Made by a program: the position numbers and the translations under genes
DNA from: Oceanispirochaeta sp.
GTDB taxonomy: Bacteria; Spirochaetota; Spirochaetia; DSM-2461
NCBI GenBank assembly: GCA_963666275.2
Contig: CAXXOA010000002.1
Span: 256,001 to 320,000 of the forward strand
Direction of reading: 5' to 3'
Length of the DNA stretch: 64,000 nucleotides
In this document: positions 19,913-30,038 of the stretch, in pieces
How positions within the stretch are numbered: the stretch's first letter is position 1
How the letters are laid out: each line of letters opens with the position of its first letter
The notes under the pieces: model-generated
What the model was told of the DNA's origin: nothing
Seen by the model: only the letters and a program-made list of their open reading frames with translations
Databases searched by the model: none

Positions 19913-21322
19913 AGCCAGAAGAGAGAAAAACAGGGCAGTTGCCAGTTTTACCTTTCCCAGGTGTTTCCTGAAAAAATCAGAGAAGGCCTGAGAATCAGTT
20001 CCTTTATAGAACAGAAAAAAGACCACTGTCAGTGGAAAGATAAATCCCGCATTATAGAGAAGAAGCGGAACAACTGTTCTGATTCCCGGACTGTTTTTTA
20101 CCATATAGACAACCATGGGCAGATATATCTGCCCCGTACAGCCAAGCTCATAAAGGGAGATCAGGAAGCCTGCTCCCAGGCTGCTGAGAATGAGCCAACG
20201 GGATCGGGTACTTTTCCGCACAATCCTGTGAATCTTCTTTTTTGTCTCCCCCCCCAGCTGAAGCAGAGATTCTTCGGCCCGTCCCAGGCGGACTTTGATA
20301 TAATCATACAAACTCAGAGCGCTTAAAAAGAGAAGCATCAGGATCATAACCCATCGGAGAACCCGGGAGATGGTATGAAAGGATTGAGCCATCTGGAGAG
20401 CCTGAAACATCCCCAGTCCGATAAGGAAGTAACTGAGAAATACGGAAAGGGTAAAACTGCCCCCGATCTTCAATATATCCCGTCCCTTTCTGCCCAGAAG
20501 CCTCAGATAGGAGATAAGAAAAATCAGAGTTGTAAAAGCACAGGGGTTTATGCCGTCCAGGAGTCCCGCCAGCAGCAGGGTCAGCCAGAAGAACCGGGAC
20601 GTCGGCCCGGAAACTCCGGAAATCCCAGGCCCCTCCTTAGCGGAATAGAGAGCGGGATCCTCCAGAAAACGGGGAAATTCTTCAAACAGAGCCGTCTTTC
20701 CTGTAAAAACACGATCCTCCCAGATCAGAAGAGGAAAGGCTCCGGCGGCAGCAGATCTCTCTTCCAGCAGCCTGTTCATCAGCTCATAATTGCCGCTCTC
20801 GTAAATATTCCGTTTTTCCGGAAAATCCTGAAGCAGTCCATCCTGTTCCAGCCGGGGCAGAAGGTCCGCATAGAATTCCTCGCAGACGGCACATCCCGGT
20901 GTATAGAAAAAGACTCTGTTCCCATCGGACTCTTCAGTGGCCCCAGGGCTCTCCGGAGCTCCTCCGGGTCTGTAAATGCTGTAGAAAGAGGGAAGATCCT
21001 CCCGGTTTGCCAGAAAGATCAGAGAAACAGGCTCTTCCCCGGGAACCGGCCCTGTGACAGTAAAGGTTCCGTCTTCTCCTGCAGAAAGGGAAAGCTCTCC
21101 GGGAGAAACCGTCCAATCGCTTCCTCCGGAAAGTACAGAAACCGAGAGGGGATCAGGATGATCGTTGACAATCCGTATTTCCACGGAAAACTGCCCGTCA
21201 CGGACTTGATCCTCCGAAAGTTCATACACAGGGGGATCAACAACCGCATCCGGGAAGATCCGGAAAAGGGAAAATCCTGTAAAGAACAGGATCCATACAA
21301 GTCTTGCCGTACTGTTACGCAT
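19892..21322 (-). CDS. Thioredoxin-like domain fused to CcdA/DsbD-type membrane domain
   Basis: Signal peptide, FFYTPGCAVC, GLLDGINPCAF, ELGCTGQIYLP, six TMs. Confidence 0.85.
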   Translation of the reverse strand: MRNSTARLVWILFFTGFSLFRIFPDAVVDPPVYELSEDQVRDGQFSVEIRIVNDHPDPLSVSVLSGGSDWTVSPGELSLSAGEDGTFTVTGPVPGEEPVSLIFLANREDLPSFYSIYRPGGAPESPGATEESDGNRVFFYTPGCAVCEEFYADLLPRLEQDGLLQDFPEKRNIYESGNYELMNRLLEERSAAAGAFPLLIWEDRVFTGKTALFEEFPRFLEDPALYSAKEGPGISGVSGPTSRFFWLTLLLAGLLDGINPCAFTTLIFLISYLRLLGRKGRDILKIGGSFTLSVFLSYFLIGLGMFQALQMAQSFHTISRVLRWVMILMLLFLSALSLYDYIKVRLGRAEESLLQLGGETKKKIHRIVRKSTRSRWLILSSLGAGFLISLYELGCTGQIYLPMVVYMVKNSPGIRTVVPLLLYNAGFIFPLTVVFFLFYKGTDSQAFSDFFRKHLGKVKLATALFFSLLALFLFLH

Positions 21323-22698
21323 TACAGAACATTCTCCTTACTGCCTGGAAAGATCATCTCAAACCAGGCCCCACCACTGTCTCTGTTGCCGGCTTCAACA
21401 CTGCCGCCGGCGCTGTTCATGATGGATTTGACAATCGCAAGGCCCAGTCCGGTCCCCTCATTATCCACAGAGGAATCCCTGTAGAATCGTTCAAAAATCC
21501 GGGGCAGCGTCTCCGGAGGGATTCCCGGCCCCCTGTCGCGGAAAAGGATATGAGCTCCCCGGTTGCTCTGATGGAGACGGACCTCCAGGCGGCTCCCGGG
21601 AGGAGACCACTTGATGCAGTTATGAAGGATATTGGAAATGGCCATCTCAATTCGCCGGGGATCTCCCGACAGATCGCAGGAAGGTCCGGAAAGATCCAGA
21701 AAAAGCTGTTTGGCCTCTGCCTCTTTGCGCAATCCGTTCCAGGCCCGGCGGCAGAGATCCTTCAGAGACAGAGGTTCTGAAACTCTCTGCCTGCTTTCCG
21801 ATTCCACCCGAATAAGGCTCAGAAGATCCTTGATAATCCAGGAGAGTTTCTGAACCTGCTGGAGGCTGTCATCCAGAAGTTCCTGTCGCCGCTCCTCCAT
21901 GCCGGGCAGATCACTGCTCAGAAGCTCCAGGAACGAGTTCAATGCGGTTACAGGGGTTCTCAGCTGATGGGAAGCATCCTGGAGGAATCGCTTCATCACG
22001 TCCCGTTCCTCTTCCAGGTTATGAAAACTTTCAGAGAGTTCTTTCCTCATGGTATCCAGGCTCATAGCCAGAAGATCCAGCTCATGGGAGTTGGACTGGG
22101 GAAGAGGGGTTTCCCACTTCTGGTCCCTCAGATCCCTGGCAAATTCCGACAGCTCGATAATGGGACGGGCCACCCGCTTGCCGCTGAACCTCCCCATGAG
22201 GATGGCAGCAACCATGGCGGCCAGGATGGCGATCAGCATCCCCTCCACCAGAAGGGAGATGGGATGAAAGATATATTCATCATACCGGAGGACTTCCAGT
22301 TTATAGTTTTTTAAAGGAGACAGAGACAGATTCCTTTCCACAAGAGAAGAGAGAGGGTTCAGATCATCCGGAACGGCAAAACCCCAGCCCTCGGACGTGA
22401 GGGACCGGGACTGGGCCAGAAGCAGGCCGCCCGGAGTAAAAATCCTGAGGCCCACATTATTCTGGAATCCCATAAGGCTCAGAAAATCTTCCAGCCTCTC
22501 CCCCCGGGGATCTTCAGAATAAAAAATGGACAGGTCTGTTTCCACGGTTCTGGCAATTCTGTTCAGATAGTCTTTCTCTCTGTTGTTGAAGATTCTCAGA
22601 GAGATCCCCAGAGAGAGGATTCCCAGAAGGAGCAGAGCTCCCAGAGCCAGAAAGATATGAGAATAGACCAGTTTGGTTTTTATGGAAAAATTCCGCAT
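21322..22698 (-). CDS. Membrane sensor histidine kinase (HAMP-HisKA-HATPase)
   Basis: Two TMs, DASHQLRTP, DRGPG, FERFYR, GTGLGL. Confidence 0.92.
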   Translation of the reverse strand: MRNFSIKTKLVYSHIFLALGALLLLGILSLGISLRIFNNREKDYLNRIARTVETDLSIFYSEDPRGERLEDFLSLMGFQNNVGLRIFTPGGLLLAQSRSLTSEGWGFAVPDDLNPLSSLVERNLSLSPLKNYKLEVLRYDEYIFHPISLLVEGMLIAILAAMVAAILMGRFSGKRVARPIIELSEFARDLRDQKWETPLPQSNSHELDLLAMSLDTMRKELSESFHNLEEERDVMKRFLQDASHQLRTPVTALNSFLELLSSDLPGMEERRQELLDDSLQQVQKLSWIIKDLLSLIRVESESRQRVSEPLSLKDLCRRAWNGLRKEAEAKQLFLDLSGPSCDLSGDPRRIEMAISNILHNCIKWSPPGSRLEVRLHQSNRGAHILFRDRGPGIPPETLPRIFERFYRDSSVDNEGTGLGLAIVKSIMNSAGGSVEAGNRDSGGAWFEMIFPGSKENVL

Positions 22699-22731
22699 AG
22701 GGCTCCCGGGTAAAGAATGAATCAAGTTTAT

Positions 22732-22764
22732 AAAAAAAAGAGGACCTCCACAACGGGAAGTCCC
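22732..22764 (-). terminator. Intrinsic terminator after hydrogenase operon
   Basis: Minus-strand GGACTTCC/GGAGGTCC stem followed by T-run; a second hairpin lies at 22786-22803. Confidence 0.6.
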
Positions 22765-22817
22765 CAGATAATCACTTAACTCCTGCGGCCCCTGAAGGGG
22801 CCGGAGGGAAGAAACCT

Positions 22818-24569
22818 CTATTTCTGATAAAGAGGTCTTTCCTGATAAGTGGTATGCAGCAGATGATGGGCCTTTTCACTGGTAGGTTCACCCAGGAAAT
22901 CCTTATAGATCTGAACAATCTCGGGATTCTCATGGGATCTTCTGACAACGGATTTTTCATCATCCTTGTAAATACCCGCAATTCTCTTATCCCGGATATC
23001 ATCTTCTGTACCATAGGGCTGACCGCCACCGGCAATACAACCGCCCCGGCAGGCCATAACCTCAATAAAGTGATAGGGAGGCTCTTCACCTTTATCCCGA
23101 GCAGCCTGAACTTCATCCATAATGGATTTAACATTGGCCATACCGTGTGCAACAGCGACTTTGATCTCTGTCCCGGCAAAGTCGACAGATCCGGCTTTCA
23201 CACCATCCATACCGCGGACTGCTGTGACATTCACATCATCCAGCTCTTTGTCGGTTACCAGTTTGTAGGCGGTTCTGACAGCCGCTTCCATAACACCGCC
23301 GGTAACACCAAAAATTGTTCCTGCTCCCGAGTAGGCTCCGATGGGGCTGTCGGCGGTTTCGTCTTCCAGGTTGATAAAGTCGATACCGGCAGTTTTGATC
23401 ATACGGGCCAGCTCTCTTGTGGTGAGAACCAGATCCACGTCATTCACTCCGGAAGACTGCATATTGTCATCCCTTCCGATTTCGTACTTCTTAGCGGTAC
23501 AGGGCATGATGGCTACGGAATAGATATCTTCTTTTTTCACCTTAACCTGGTCAGCATAGTAGGTTTTTGTAATCGCACCCTGCATCATCATGGGTGATTT
23601 TGCGGTAGAGAAATGGGGGATCATATCGGGATAGTATTTTTCCATATAATCTGTCCATGCGGGGCAGCAGGAAGTGATCTGGGGCAGAACTCCGGTGCCT
23701 TTTGTGATTCTCTTAACCAGCTCGGTTCCCTCTTCCATAATGGTAAGGTCAGCTGCGAAGTTGGTATCAAATACCGCGTCAGCACCGAGTTTTCTCAGTG
23801 CAGCATAAATTTTACCGGTAGAAATTGTACCTGGCTCCATTCCGAAAGCCTCACCAAGGGCGACTCTGACTGCAGGAGCGATCTGAACAGCCACATGCTT
23901 GGTTGTATCTTCTACAGCATGACACCATTCCTGGGTCTGATCCTTTTCATAAATGGCACCTACGGGACAGTGAGCGGAACACTGACCGCACTTGATACAG
24001 GGGCTCTCATTCAGAAGAACTCCGCCGGCCGGGGCGATTCTGGTTTCATGTCCTCTGTGAAGGAACTCCAGAGCCCAGACATCCTGGAGCTGCTGGCAGA
24101 CCTGAGCACAACGACCGCACTGGATACATTTAGTGGGGTCGAAAACCAGAGAGGCGGTGGATTCGTCTTTGGGGATCCTCTTCACATCATAGTGAAAGGG
24201 AACTTCCCTGATACCGAAGTCCGCTGCCACCTGCTGAAGTTCACAGGTCTGGTTTCTACCGCAGGTCAGACACTCCTTGGGGTGATTGGAAAGGGTCATT
24301 TCGATCACTGTCTTTCTGACCTTCTGCAGCTCCGGGTCATGGGTAATGTAGTTCTGACCGGGAACTATCGTGGTGGCGCAGGCTCTTACCATTCTGGGAG
24401 AACCTTCCACTTTTACAACACAGATACCACAGGCTGCCCAGGGCTCCAGATCGGAGTGAGTACAAAGTGTGGGGATTTTAATACCGGCTAATTTTGCCGC
24501 TTTAAGAATTGTATAATCCTTATCAACCGTGACAGGCTGACCATTGATCTTTATTTCTACAGTTTCCAC
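22818..24569 (-). CDS. hydA: [FeFe]-hydrogenase catalytic subunit (group A, HydA/HndD-type)
   Basis: H-cluster motifs TSCCPAW, MPCTAKKYE, EVMACRGGCIAGGGQP; N-terminal 2Fe-2S, His-ligated and 2x4Fe-4S motifs. Confidence 0.97.
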   Translation of the reverse strand: METVEIKINGQPVTVDKDYTILKAAKLAGIKIPTLCTHSDLEPWAACGICVVKVEGSPRMVRACATTIVPGQNYITHDPELQKVRKTVIEMTLSNHPKECLTCGRNQTCELQQVAADFGIREVPFHYDVKRIPKDESTASLVFDPTKCIQCGRCAQVCQQLQDVWALEFLHRGHETRIAPAGGVLLNESPCIKCGQCSAHCPVGAIYEKDQTQEWCHAVEDTTKHVAVQIAPAVRVALGEAFGMEPGTISTGKIYAALRKLGADAVFDTNFAADLTIMEEGTELVKRITKGTGVLPQITSCCPAWTDYMEKYYPDMIPHFSTAKSPMMMQGAITKTYYADQVKVKKEDIYSVAIMPCTAKKYEIGRDDNMQSSGVNDVDLVLTTRELARMIKTAGIDFINLEDETADSPIGAYSGAGTIFGVTGGVMEAAVRTAYKLVTDKELDDVNVTAVRGMDGVKAGSVDFAGTEIKVAVAHGMANVKSIMDEVQAARDKGEEPPYHFIEVMACRGGCIAGGGQPYGTEDDIRDKRIAGIYKDDEKSVVRRSHENPEIVQIYKDFLGEPTSEKAHHLLHTTYQERPLYQK

Positions 24570-24592
24570 TGATTTTTCTCCTTGATTACTCG

Positions 24593-26386
24593 TTAAGATA
24601 CTGTAATAGCGTCGAACTTACAGCCTTCGTAACAGGCTCCGCATTTGATACATTTATCCTGATCGATCACATGGGGTTTCTTTCTCTCCCCTTCGATACA
24701 GTTGACAGGACATTTTCGTGCACAAACGGTACATCCGATACATTTATCTGCAACGATTTCATAGTGAACCAGATCTTTACATTTACCGGCTACGCATCTT
24801 CCCTCTTCAATATGTTCTCTGTACTCTTCCTCGAAGTTGGCAAGAGAAGAGAGGATGGGGTTGGGTGCAGTCTGTCCCAGTCCGCAGAGAGCAGCCTTTT
24901 TCATGGCTTCTCCGATATCCCGCATCTTCTGGATATCTTCCATCTCGCCTTTTCCTTTGGTGATCTTTTCCAGGTACTCATAGAGTTTCTTGGTTCCGAT
25001 CCGGCAGGGAGCACATTTACCGCAGGACTCTTCCACACAGAAATCCATATAGAACTTGTTGATATCCACGATACAGTCATCTTCATCCATAACGATCATA
25101 CCGCCGGATCCCATCATGGAACCGATGGCAACAAGGTTGTCGAAGTCAATGGGTGTATCCAGATACTCTTCGGTGATAACCCCTCCGGAAGGTCCACCTG
25201 TCTGAGCGGCTTTAAACTTTTTACCGCCCCGGATTCCGCCACCGATATCAAAAACGATCTCTCTCAGTGTGGTTCCCATGGGAACTTCCACCAGTCCGGA
25301 GTTTTTGATTTTACCTGTCAGAGCAAAAACTTTGGTCCCTTTGGACTTTTCCGTACCCAGAGTGGCAAACCAGTCTCCGCCCTTGTTGATGATAACGGGG
25401 ATATTGGCATAGGTTTCAACGTTGTTGATAACTGTGGGTTTCTGGAACATACCTTTGACAGCGGGGAACGGCGGTTTGGGAATGGGCATCCCCCTGTTTC
25501 CTTCAATAGACGCCAGCAGAGCAGTTTCCTCACCGCAGACGAAAGCTCCGGCTCCCAGTCTTACTTCCAGGTCGAAGTCTTTTCCTGAACCCAGAATGTC
25601 TTTTCCGAGCAGACCGTATTCTCTGGCCTGTTTCATGGCGGTTTCCAGTCTCTGAATCGCCAGGGGATACTCGGCTCTGATGTAGATGGCTCCCTTATCG
25701 GCTCCTACACAGACACCGGCAATGGCCATGGCTTCCAGGATGGAGTGGGGGTCGCCTTCCAGGGTGGAACGGTCCATATAGGCACCGGGGTCTCCCTCAT
25801 CGGCGTTACAGACAATGTACTTCTGATCGTTTTCGACCTGTTTGGTGAAGTTCCATTTCATCCATGTGGGGAATCCCGCACCGCCCCGTCCTCTTAAGCC
25901 CGATTTTTTCAGCTCTTCAATGATATCGTCACCGCTCATATCGAAAAGGGCCTTTTCCAGAGCGGCATAGCCGTCGCGGGCAATGTATTCGTCAATATTT
26001 TCAGGGTCGATTAGACCGCAGTTTCTCAGAACGATTCTGTACTGTTTCTGATAGAACTCAATATTATCAATGTCAAAGGCTTCCCCTTTGGCTCCCGCTT
26101 CAGCCTGATACTGAAGGCGGTCGATGATTCTACCTTTGATAATTGTTTCTGCGATGATTTCCTTCGCATCGGAAGGAACGACTTCCACATAAAAAGCCTG
26201 CTCGGGAAGCACTTTAACAATCGGTCCTTTTTCACAGAATCCGAAACAGCCTGTTTTTACAACCTGTACATCATCCTGAACACCCTGTGATTCAGCTTCC
26301 GCCAGAAGAGATTTGTAGATATCGTCACCCTTTGCGGATTCACAGGCGGTACCACCACAAACCAGTATATAATTCTTTACTGCCAT
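24593..26386 (-). CDS. hydB: NuoF-like diaphorase subunit (HydB/HndC)
   Basis: GRGGAGFP, NADEGDPG, CGEETAL, TGGPSG, ESCGKC; N-terminal Trx-like 2Fe-2S and C-terminal 2x4Fe-4S. Confidence 0.96.
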   Translation of the reverse strand: MAVKNYILVCGGTACESAKGDDIYKSLLAEAESQGVQDDVQVVKTGCFGFCEKGPIVKVLPEQAFYVEVVPSDAKEIIAETIIKGRIIDRLQYQAEAGAKGEAFDIDNIEFYQKQYRIVLRNCGLIDPENIDEYIARDGYAALEKALFDMSGDDIIEELKKSGLRGRGGAGFPTWMKWNFTKQVENDQKYIVCNADEGDPGAYMDRSTLEGDPHSILEAMAIAGVCVGADKGAIYIRAEYPLAIQRLETAMKQAREYGLLGKDILGSGKDFDLEVRLGAGAFVCGEETALLASIEGNRGMPIPKPPFPAVKGMFQKPTVINNVETYANIPVIINKGGDWFATLGTEKSKGTKVFALTGKIKNSGLVEVPMGTTLREIVFDIGGGIRGGKKFKAAQTGGPSGGVITEEYLDTPIDFDNLVAIGSMMGSGGMIVMDEDDCIVDINKFYMDFCVEESCGKCAPCRIGTKKLYEYLEKITKGKGEMEDIQKMRDIGEAMKKAALCGLGQTAPNPILSSLANFEEEYREHIEEGRCVAGKCKDLVHYEIVADKCIGCTVCARKCPVNCIEGERKKPHVIDQDKCIKCGACYEGCKFDAITVS

Positions 26387-26401
26387 GTTTTCCTCTCTTT
26401 C

Positions 26402-26794
26402 CTATTTTTTGATGATGTCTCCGGCGGGTTTATCAAAGATATGATTTTCCACCAGCTTCTTATTCATGACATGGGACTCAACAATCTGTTTGGCCACAGC
26501 AGCATCCACGTTTCCGTAAATGGTATCAGGCATACCGGGAACCTTAACTTCCACAGTAGGTTCTGCATAACACAGGCCCATACAGCCTGTCTGTTTTACA
26601 ACAACATCATCAAGACTATTTGCTTTGATGGTATCTAGGAAACTTCCCAGAGCATTTTTTGCTCCTGCTGCAATACCGCAGGTTCCCATTCCCACAACTA
26701 TATGTATTTCTTTTCCGTCCGTATCTCTGCGGTTCATCTCAGATTTCTGAGAGTCTCTCAGTTTCCGCAGTTCTTCGAGAGTCATTTTAGCCAT
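26402..26794 (-). CDS. Thioredoxin-like (2Fe-2S) ferredoxin subunit (HydD/HndB-like)
   Basis: VGMGTCGIAAGA, TGCMGLCYAEP. Confidence 0.9.
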   Translation of the reverse strand: MAKMTLEELRKLRDSQKSEMNRRDTDGKEIHIVVGMGTCGIAAGAKNALGSFLDTIKANSLDDVVVKQTGCMGLCYAEPTVEVKVPGMPDTIYGNVDAAVAKQIVESHVMNKKLVENHIFDKPAGDIIKK

Positions 26795-27371
26795 CTTCTC
26801 GTATCTCCTTCGATTGGTTTAACAAGTCTTCTTCCTGAGATATCAGATAATCCCTGAGCAGAATCATGGCACCGGCGTCGCTGAAATCACCCAGCACATC
26901 CTGTAATTCACTTCTGATAACACTGTACCCCGTACTGTTCCCGCCAGGTTCTGTGATTTTCCTGGTGATGACCATTTCGTAATCCCCTTCGAAACAGAAG
27001 GCCTGCATAAACAGTCCCGCCCAGTCTCCTTCGGGAGGTGTATCCACATTCCCCAGGTTAAACTGTATGTTCAAAGAGGTTCCCTTGTTCTTCTCAGAAT
27101 GTATTTCAAAACGACCGTCCGTCTGATCTACCGTCTGCTTCAGAAAGGGGATTCCAAGACCAACCCGTCTGTGCCGATGTTTTTCCCCGTCCGAATAAAA
27201 GGGGTCCATCGCTTTTTCCACTTCTCCTTCTGTCATCCCGCAGCCGTTATCTGTCAGGCGGACAGTCAGATTTTGTCCGGTTTGGATCAGGTCAAGGGTT
27301 ACTTTGCCGGCTTTCGCCTCTATGGAGTTCTGGACCAGGTCCATTACCATATCGCTCAGTGAATAGTGCAT
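26787..27371 (-). CDS. Stand-alone GHKL/HATPase protein of hydrogenase operons
   Basis: DLVQNSIEA, DNGCGM, DPF, VGLGIP; no H-box. Confidence 0.88.
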   Translation of the reverse strand: MHYSLSDMVMDLVQNSIEAKAGKVTLDLIQTGQNLTVRLTDNGCGMTEGEVEKAMDPFYSDGEKHRHRRVGLGIPFLKQTVDQTDGRFEIHSEKNKGTSLNIQFNLGNVDTPPEGDWAGLFMQAFCFEGDYEMVITRKITEPGGNSTGYSVIRSELQDVLGDFSDAGAMILLRDYLISQEEDLLNQSKEIREDG

Positions 27372-27386
27372 TCTGCCCTGACCGGA

Positions 27387-27863
27387 TTATTTGAATTTGG
27401 AAATAATCTCAGGCAGCTCGTCTGTCTTCAGTTTTCCGAATACTTCCTGACCGACAGTCAGGACAGGTGCCAGACCGCAACATCCGATACAGCGTACAGC
27501 CTCCAGAGAGAACTGTCCGTCTTCGGTCGTTCCGCCGCATCCGACACCGAGAAGCTGTTCAAGCTCATCGATAAGATCCTGACCACCCTTGAGGTAGCAG
27601 GCCGTACCCATACAGACGGAGATTTTGTGCTTACCGGGTTTTTCAAGTTTAAAAAAGTGGTAGAAAGTCACTACACCGTAAATTTTTGCCAGAGGAACAT
27701 CCAGCATTTTTCCAAGCTCTACGGCAATATTTCTCGGAATATAGCCGTACTCTTCCTGTACCCGGTGCAGAATCATAATCAGGTTACCGGGTTTTTCTTT
27801 CCATTCATCGATAAAACTGAGCAAACCTTTGGTCATTTTCAGTTCTTCTGTTTCAACAGGCAT
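27387..27863 (-). CDS. hydC: NuoE-like 2Fe-2S subunit (HydC/HndA)
   Basis: VCMGTACYLKG, RCIGCCGLAP, GVVTFY. Confidence 0.95.
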   Translation of the reverse strand: MPVETEELKMTKGLLSFIDEWKEKPGNLIMILHRVQEEYGYIPRNIAVELGKMLDVPLAKIYGVVTFYHFFKLEKPGKHKISVCMGTACYLKGGQDLIDELEQLLGVGCGGTTEDGQFSLEAVRCIGCCGLAPVLTVGQEVFGKLKTDELPEIISKFK

Positions 27864-27905
27864 GGAACCTCCCTTAGGAATCTATATAAAATTATTGATT
27901 GTCCC

Positions 27906-27934
27906 AGTATAGAGGTCTTTCCATTTTTTTTCAA
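27906..27934 (-). promoter_or_regulatory. Sigma70 promoter of hydrogenase operon
   Basis: Minus strand TTGAAA-17-TATACT. Confidence 0.65.
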
Positions 27935-27982
27935 TAAATTTTGCACTGTTTATGTGAAATTTGTAGCTTAGTCATACCTAAC

Positions 27983-28016
27983 TTTACATTTATTGTGAAT
28001 TGTGTTACAATAAATG
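27983..28016 (+). promoter_or_regulatory. rex promoter overlapped by a Rex-type operator
   Basis: TTTACA-17-TACAAT; TTGTGAATTGTGTTACAA at 27993-28010 within the perfect inverted repeat CATTTATTGT/ACAATAAATG. Confidence 0.75.
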
Positions 28017-28020
28017 CATT

Positions 28021-28662
28021 ATGAGGCAAAATAAAGAGTATACAGCAAGATTAATTAAATATAAGAGAATATTAATTCAGTTTAAATCTTTGGGGCTGGA
28101 AAAGGTTTTTTCTACAAATCTGGGAGATGCAGTCGGAGTTTCCTCCGCACTGGTCCGAAAAGACTTCTCCCGCATCAATATGAGCCAGGGAAACCGGAAG
28201 GGCGGCTACAATATCAACGACCTGATTGAGTCTCTGAACCAGATACTGGGAACCAGCGAGCTACAGGATGTGGTCGTAGTGGGATGTGGCAATCTGGGCA
28301 AAGCTCTGATCAAGCACGAAGCATTTTATAAGGAAGGGATCAATATCTCCGCCGGCTTTGATATAAATCCCAGAGAAGCTGAAATAAACGGCATCCCCAT
28401 CTATCCGATGGAGGTTCTGCACAACTATATTACCAGGCATGAAATCAGAGTGGCCGTCCTGTGTGTTCCCGCCGGAGCAGCCTCCCACACCAGAGACCTT
28501 CTGCAGGAGGGAAATGTCAAAGGAATTCTCAATTTTACCCCTGTAGAGCTGAAATCCACCGAAACATGCCGGATCCAGAATGTGAATATCTGCCTGGAAC
28601 TGGAAAACCTCTTTTTTCAGATAAGCGAGAAAGGAGAGGATATGGAGAACCAGTTCGATTGA
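28021..28662 (+). CDS. rex: Redox-sensing transcriptional repressor Rex
   Basis: RL..Y.RIL, VRKDFS, GY winged helix; Rossmann VGCGNLG, GFD, ILNFTP. Confidence 0.93.
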   Translation: MRQNKEYTARLIKYKRILIQFKSLGLEKVFSTNLGDAVGVSSALVRKDFSRINMSQGNRKGGYNINDLIESLNQILGTSELQDVVVVGCGNLGKALIKHEAFYKEGINISAGFDINPREAEINGIPIYPMEVLHNYITRHEIRVAVLCVPAGAASHTRDLLQEGNVKGILNFTPVELKSTETCRIQNVNICLELENLFFQISEKGEDMENQFD

Positions 28663-28693
28663 CTTGACCCAAAAAATCGTTAAACTCATTAGT

Positions 28694-29629
28694 ATGCAGG
28701 CGATTCCACTAAATACGGAAAACTCCCCTTCAGTCATCCTTGAACTCATCTTCAAGCTGAAAATAAAAGACGTTATGACAAGAAATGTCAAAACAGCTCA
28801 CAAAGAAAGCACCATGCGGGACATCCAGAAAATCATGAAGGATGCCAGAATAACAGGAGTACCGATTGTTGAAAATTCCCGGCTCAAGGGGATTGTCAGC
28901 ATGGAGGACATCCTTTCCACCATGGATATGGGAAAGATCGAAGAGAAAGCAAGTCTGCATATGACAAGGAATGTCACCGTCCTGGAAGAGGATATGCCTC
29001 TTTCGTTCGCTATCAACTATATCGACAAATATCACTACGGCAGATTTCCTGTTCTGAACATGAACAAGGAACTGGTGGGAATCATTACAAGCCGGGATAT
29101 AGTCAACCATCTGCTTCTGGAAATGAACAGGGAGATGACCCGCCTGGAGGAACTCCTTCCCGAGAATGCCCAGGCCCCCGAAACCAGCGGCGCTGAAGAG
29201 CTCAACTTCATCTGCCACCGCTACGATTTTGAAAATGCGGGAAAAGCCTCGACAGAAATAAAAAAAGCCCTCAAACAGAGGCTGATAGACAGAAAGATCA
29301 TTCGCCGTGTCGCTGTAGCCTCCTACGAACTGGAAATAAACCAGGTTGTCCACTCCATGGGGGGTACCATGCAGTTTCTGATCGACGATGAAAAGGTCCT
29401 CATAACTGCCACGGACAATGGCCCGGGAATAGAAGATGTAGAGAAAGCGCTCACAGAAGGATTTTCCACAGCCAATGACTGGATCCGTTCCCTGGGGTTC
29501 GGAGCCGGCATGGGATTACCCAACATAATCCGGGTTTCCGACGAATTCGATATAAAATCCACAATGGATGTCGGAACAGTGGTCGTATCAACGATCTATA
29601 CAAAATCCCACGAAGAGAATAAAGAATAA
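28694..29629 (+). CDS. CBS-pair fused to anti-sigma-type Ser/Thr kinase (HATPase)
   Basis: Two CBS domains; YELEINQVVHS, DNGPGI..ALTEGFST, GAGMGLPN. Alternative TTG start at 28664. Confidence 0.9.
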   Translation: MQAIPLNTENSPSVILELIFKLKIKDVMTRNVKTAHKESTMRDIQKIMKDARITGVPIVENSRLKGIVSMEDILSTMDMGKIEEKASLHMTRNVTVLEEDMPLSFAINYIDKYHYGRFPVLNMNKELVGIITSRDIVNHLLLEMNREMTRLEELLPENAQAPETSGAEELNFICHRYDFENAGKASTEIKKALKQRLIDRKIIRRVAVASYELEINQVVHSMGGTMQFLIDDEKVLITATDNGPGIEDVEKALTEGFSTANDWIRSLGFGAGMGLPNIIRVSDEFDIKSTMDVGTVVVSTIYTKSHEENKE

Positions 29630-29711
29630 CTGAGTAAATACGGAAGAGGAATTATCGCGTAACGACAGGAGCTCCCTCCGGGGAGGATCCGCAATATTAC
29701 AGGAGGGAAAA

Positions 29712-30038
29712 ATGATTGTGCAGGATCTGGCAGACAAACTGGAATACGACTGCCTCGTATCGGAAGGGAACCAGGAGGAAATTACCGCCGGTTATACTTC
29801 GGACCTTTTAAGCGATGTTATGGGAAATGCCCCGGAAGACTCGGTGCTCATAACAATCCAGGCTCATAAAAACACGGTGGCTGTTGCATCGCTGGCGGGG
29901 ATCAAAGCCCTTCTCATCTGCAACAACAGGCCTGCTCCGGAAGATATGCTCCAATCCGCAAAGGATGAGGAGATCTCCGTATTCCGGACAAAAGACAATC
30001 AATTTACTGCATCCTGGAAGGTGAACACTCTTCTCTGA
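29712..30038 (+). CDS. DRTGG/HPr-kinase-N-like small protein
   Basis: GYTSDLLSDVMG..VLITIQAHKNTVAVASL. Confidence 0.85.
   Translation: MIVQDLADKLEYDCLVSEGNQEEITAGYTSDLLSDVMGNAPEDSVLITIQAHKNTVAVASLAGIKALLICNNRPAPEDMLQSAKDEEISVFRTKDNQFTASWKVNTLL

Noticed and set aside
20375..21484. 369-aa plus-strand ORF
   Set aside because: Antisense to the motif-bearing Trx-CcdA gene.
22854..25588. Long plus-strand ORFs opposite hydA and hydB
   Set aside because: Antisense shadows caused by codon bias.
9101..29690. Scattered CTCCC/GGGAG hairpins (about 9101, 12246, 22786, 29672) as a REP family
   Set aside because: Sequences too dissimilar; more likely independent stability or terminator hairpins.
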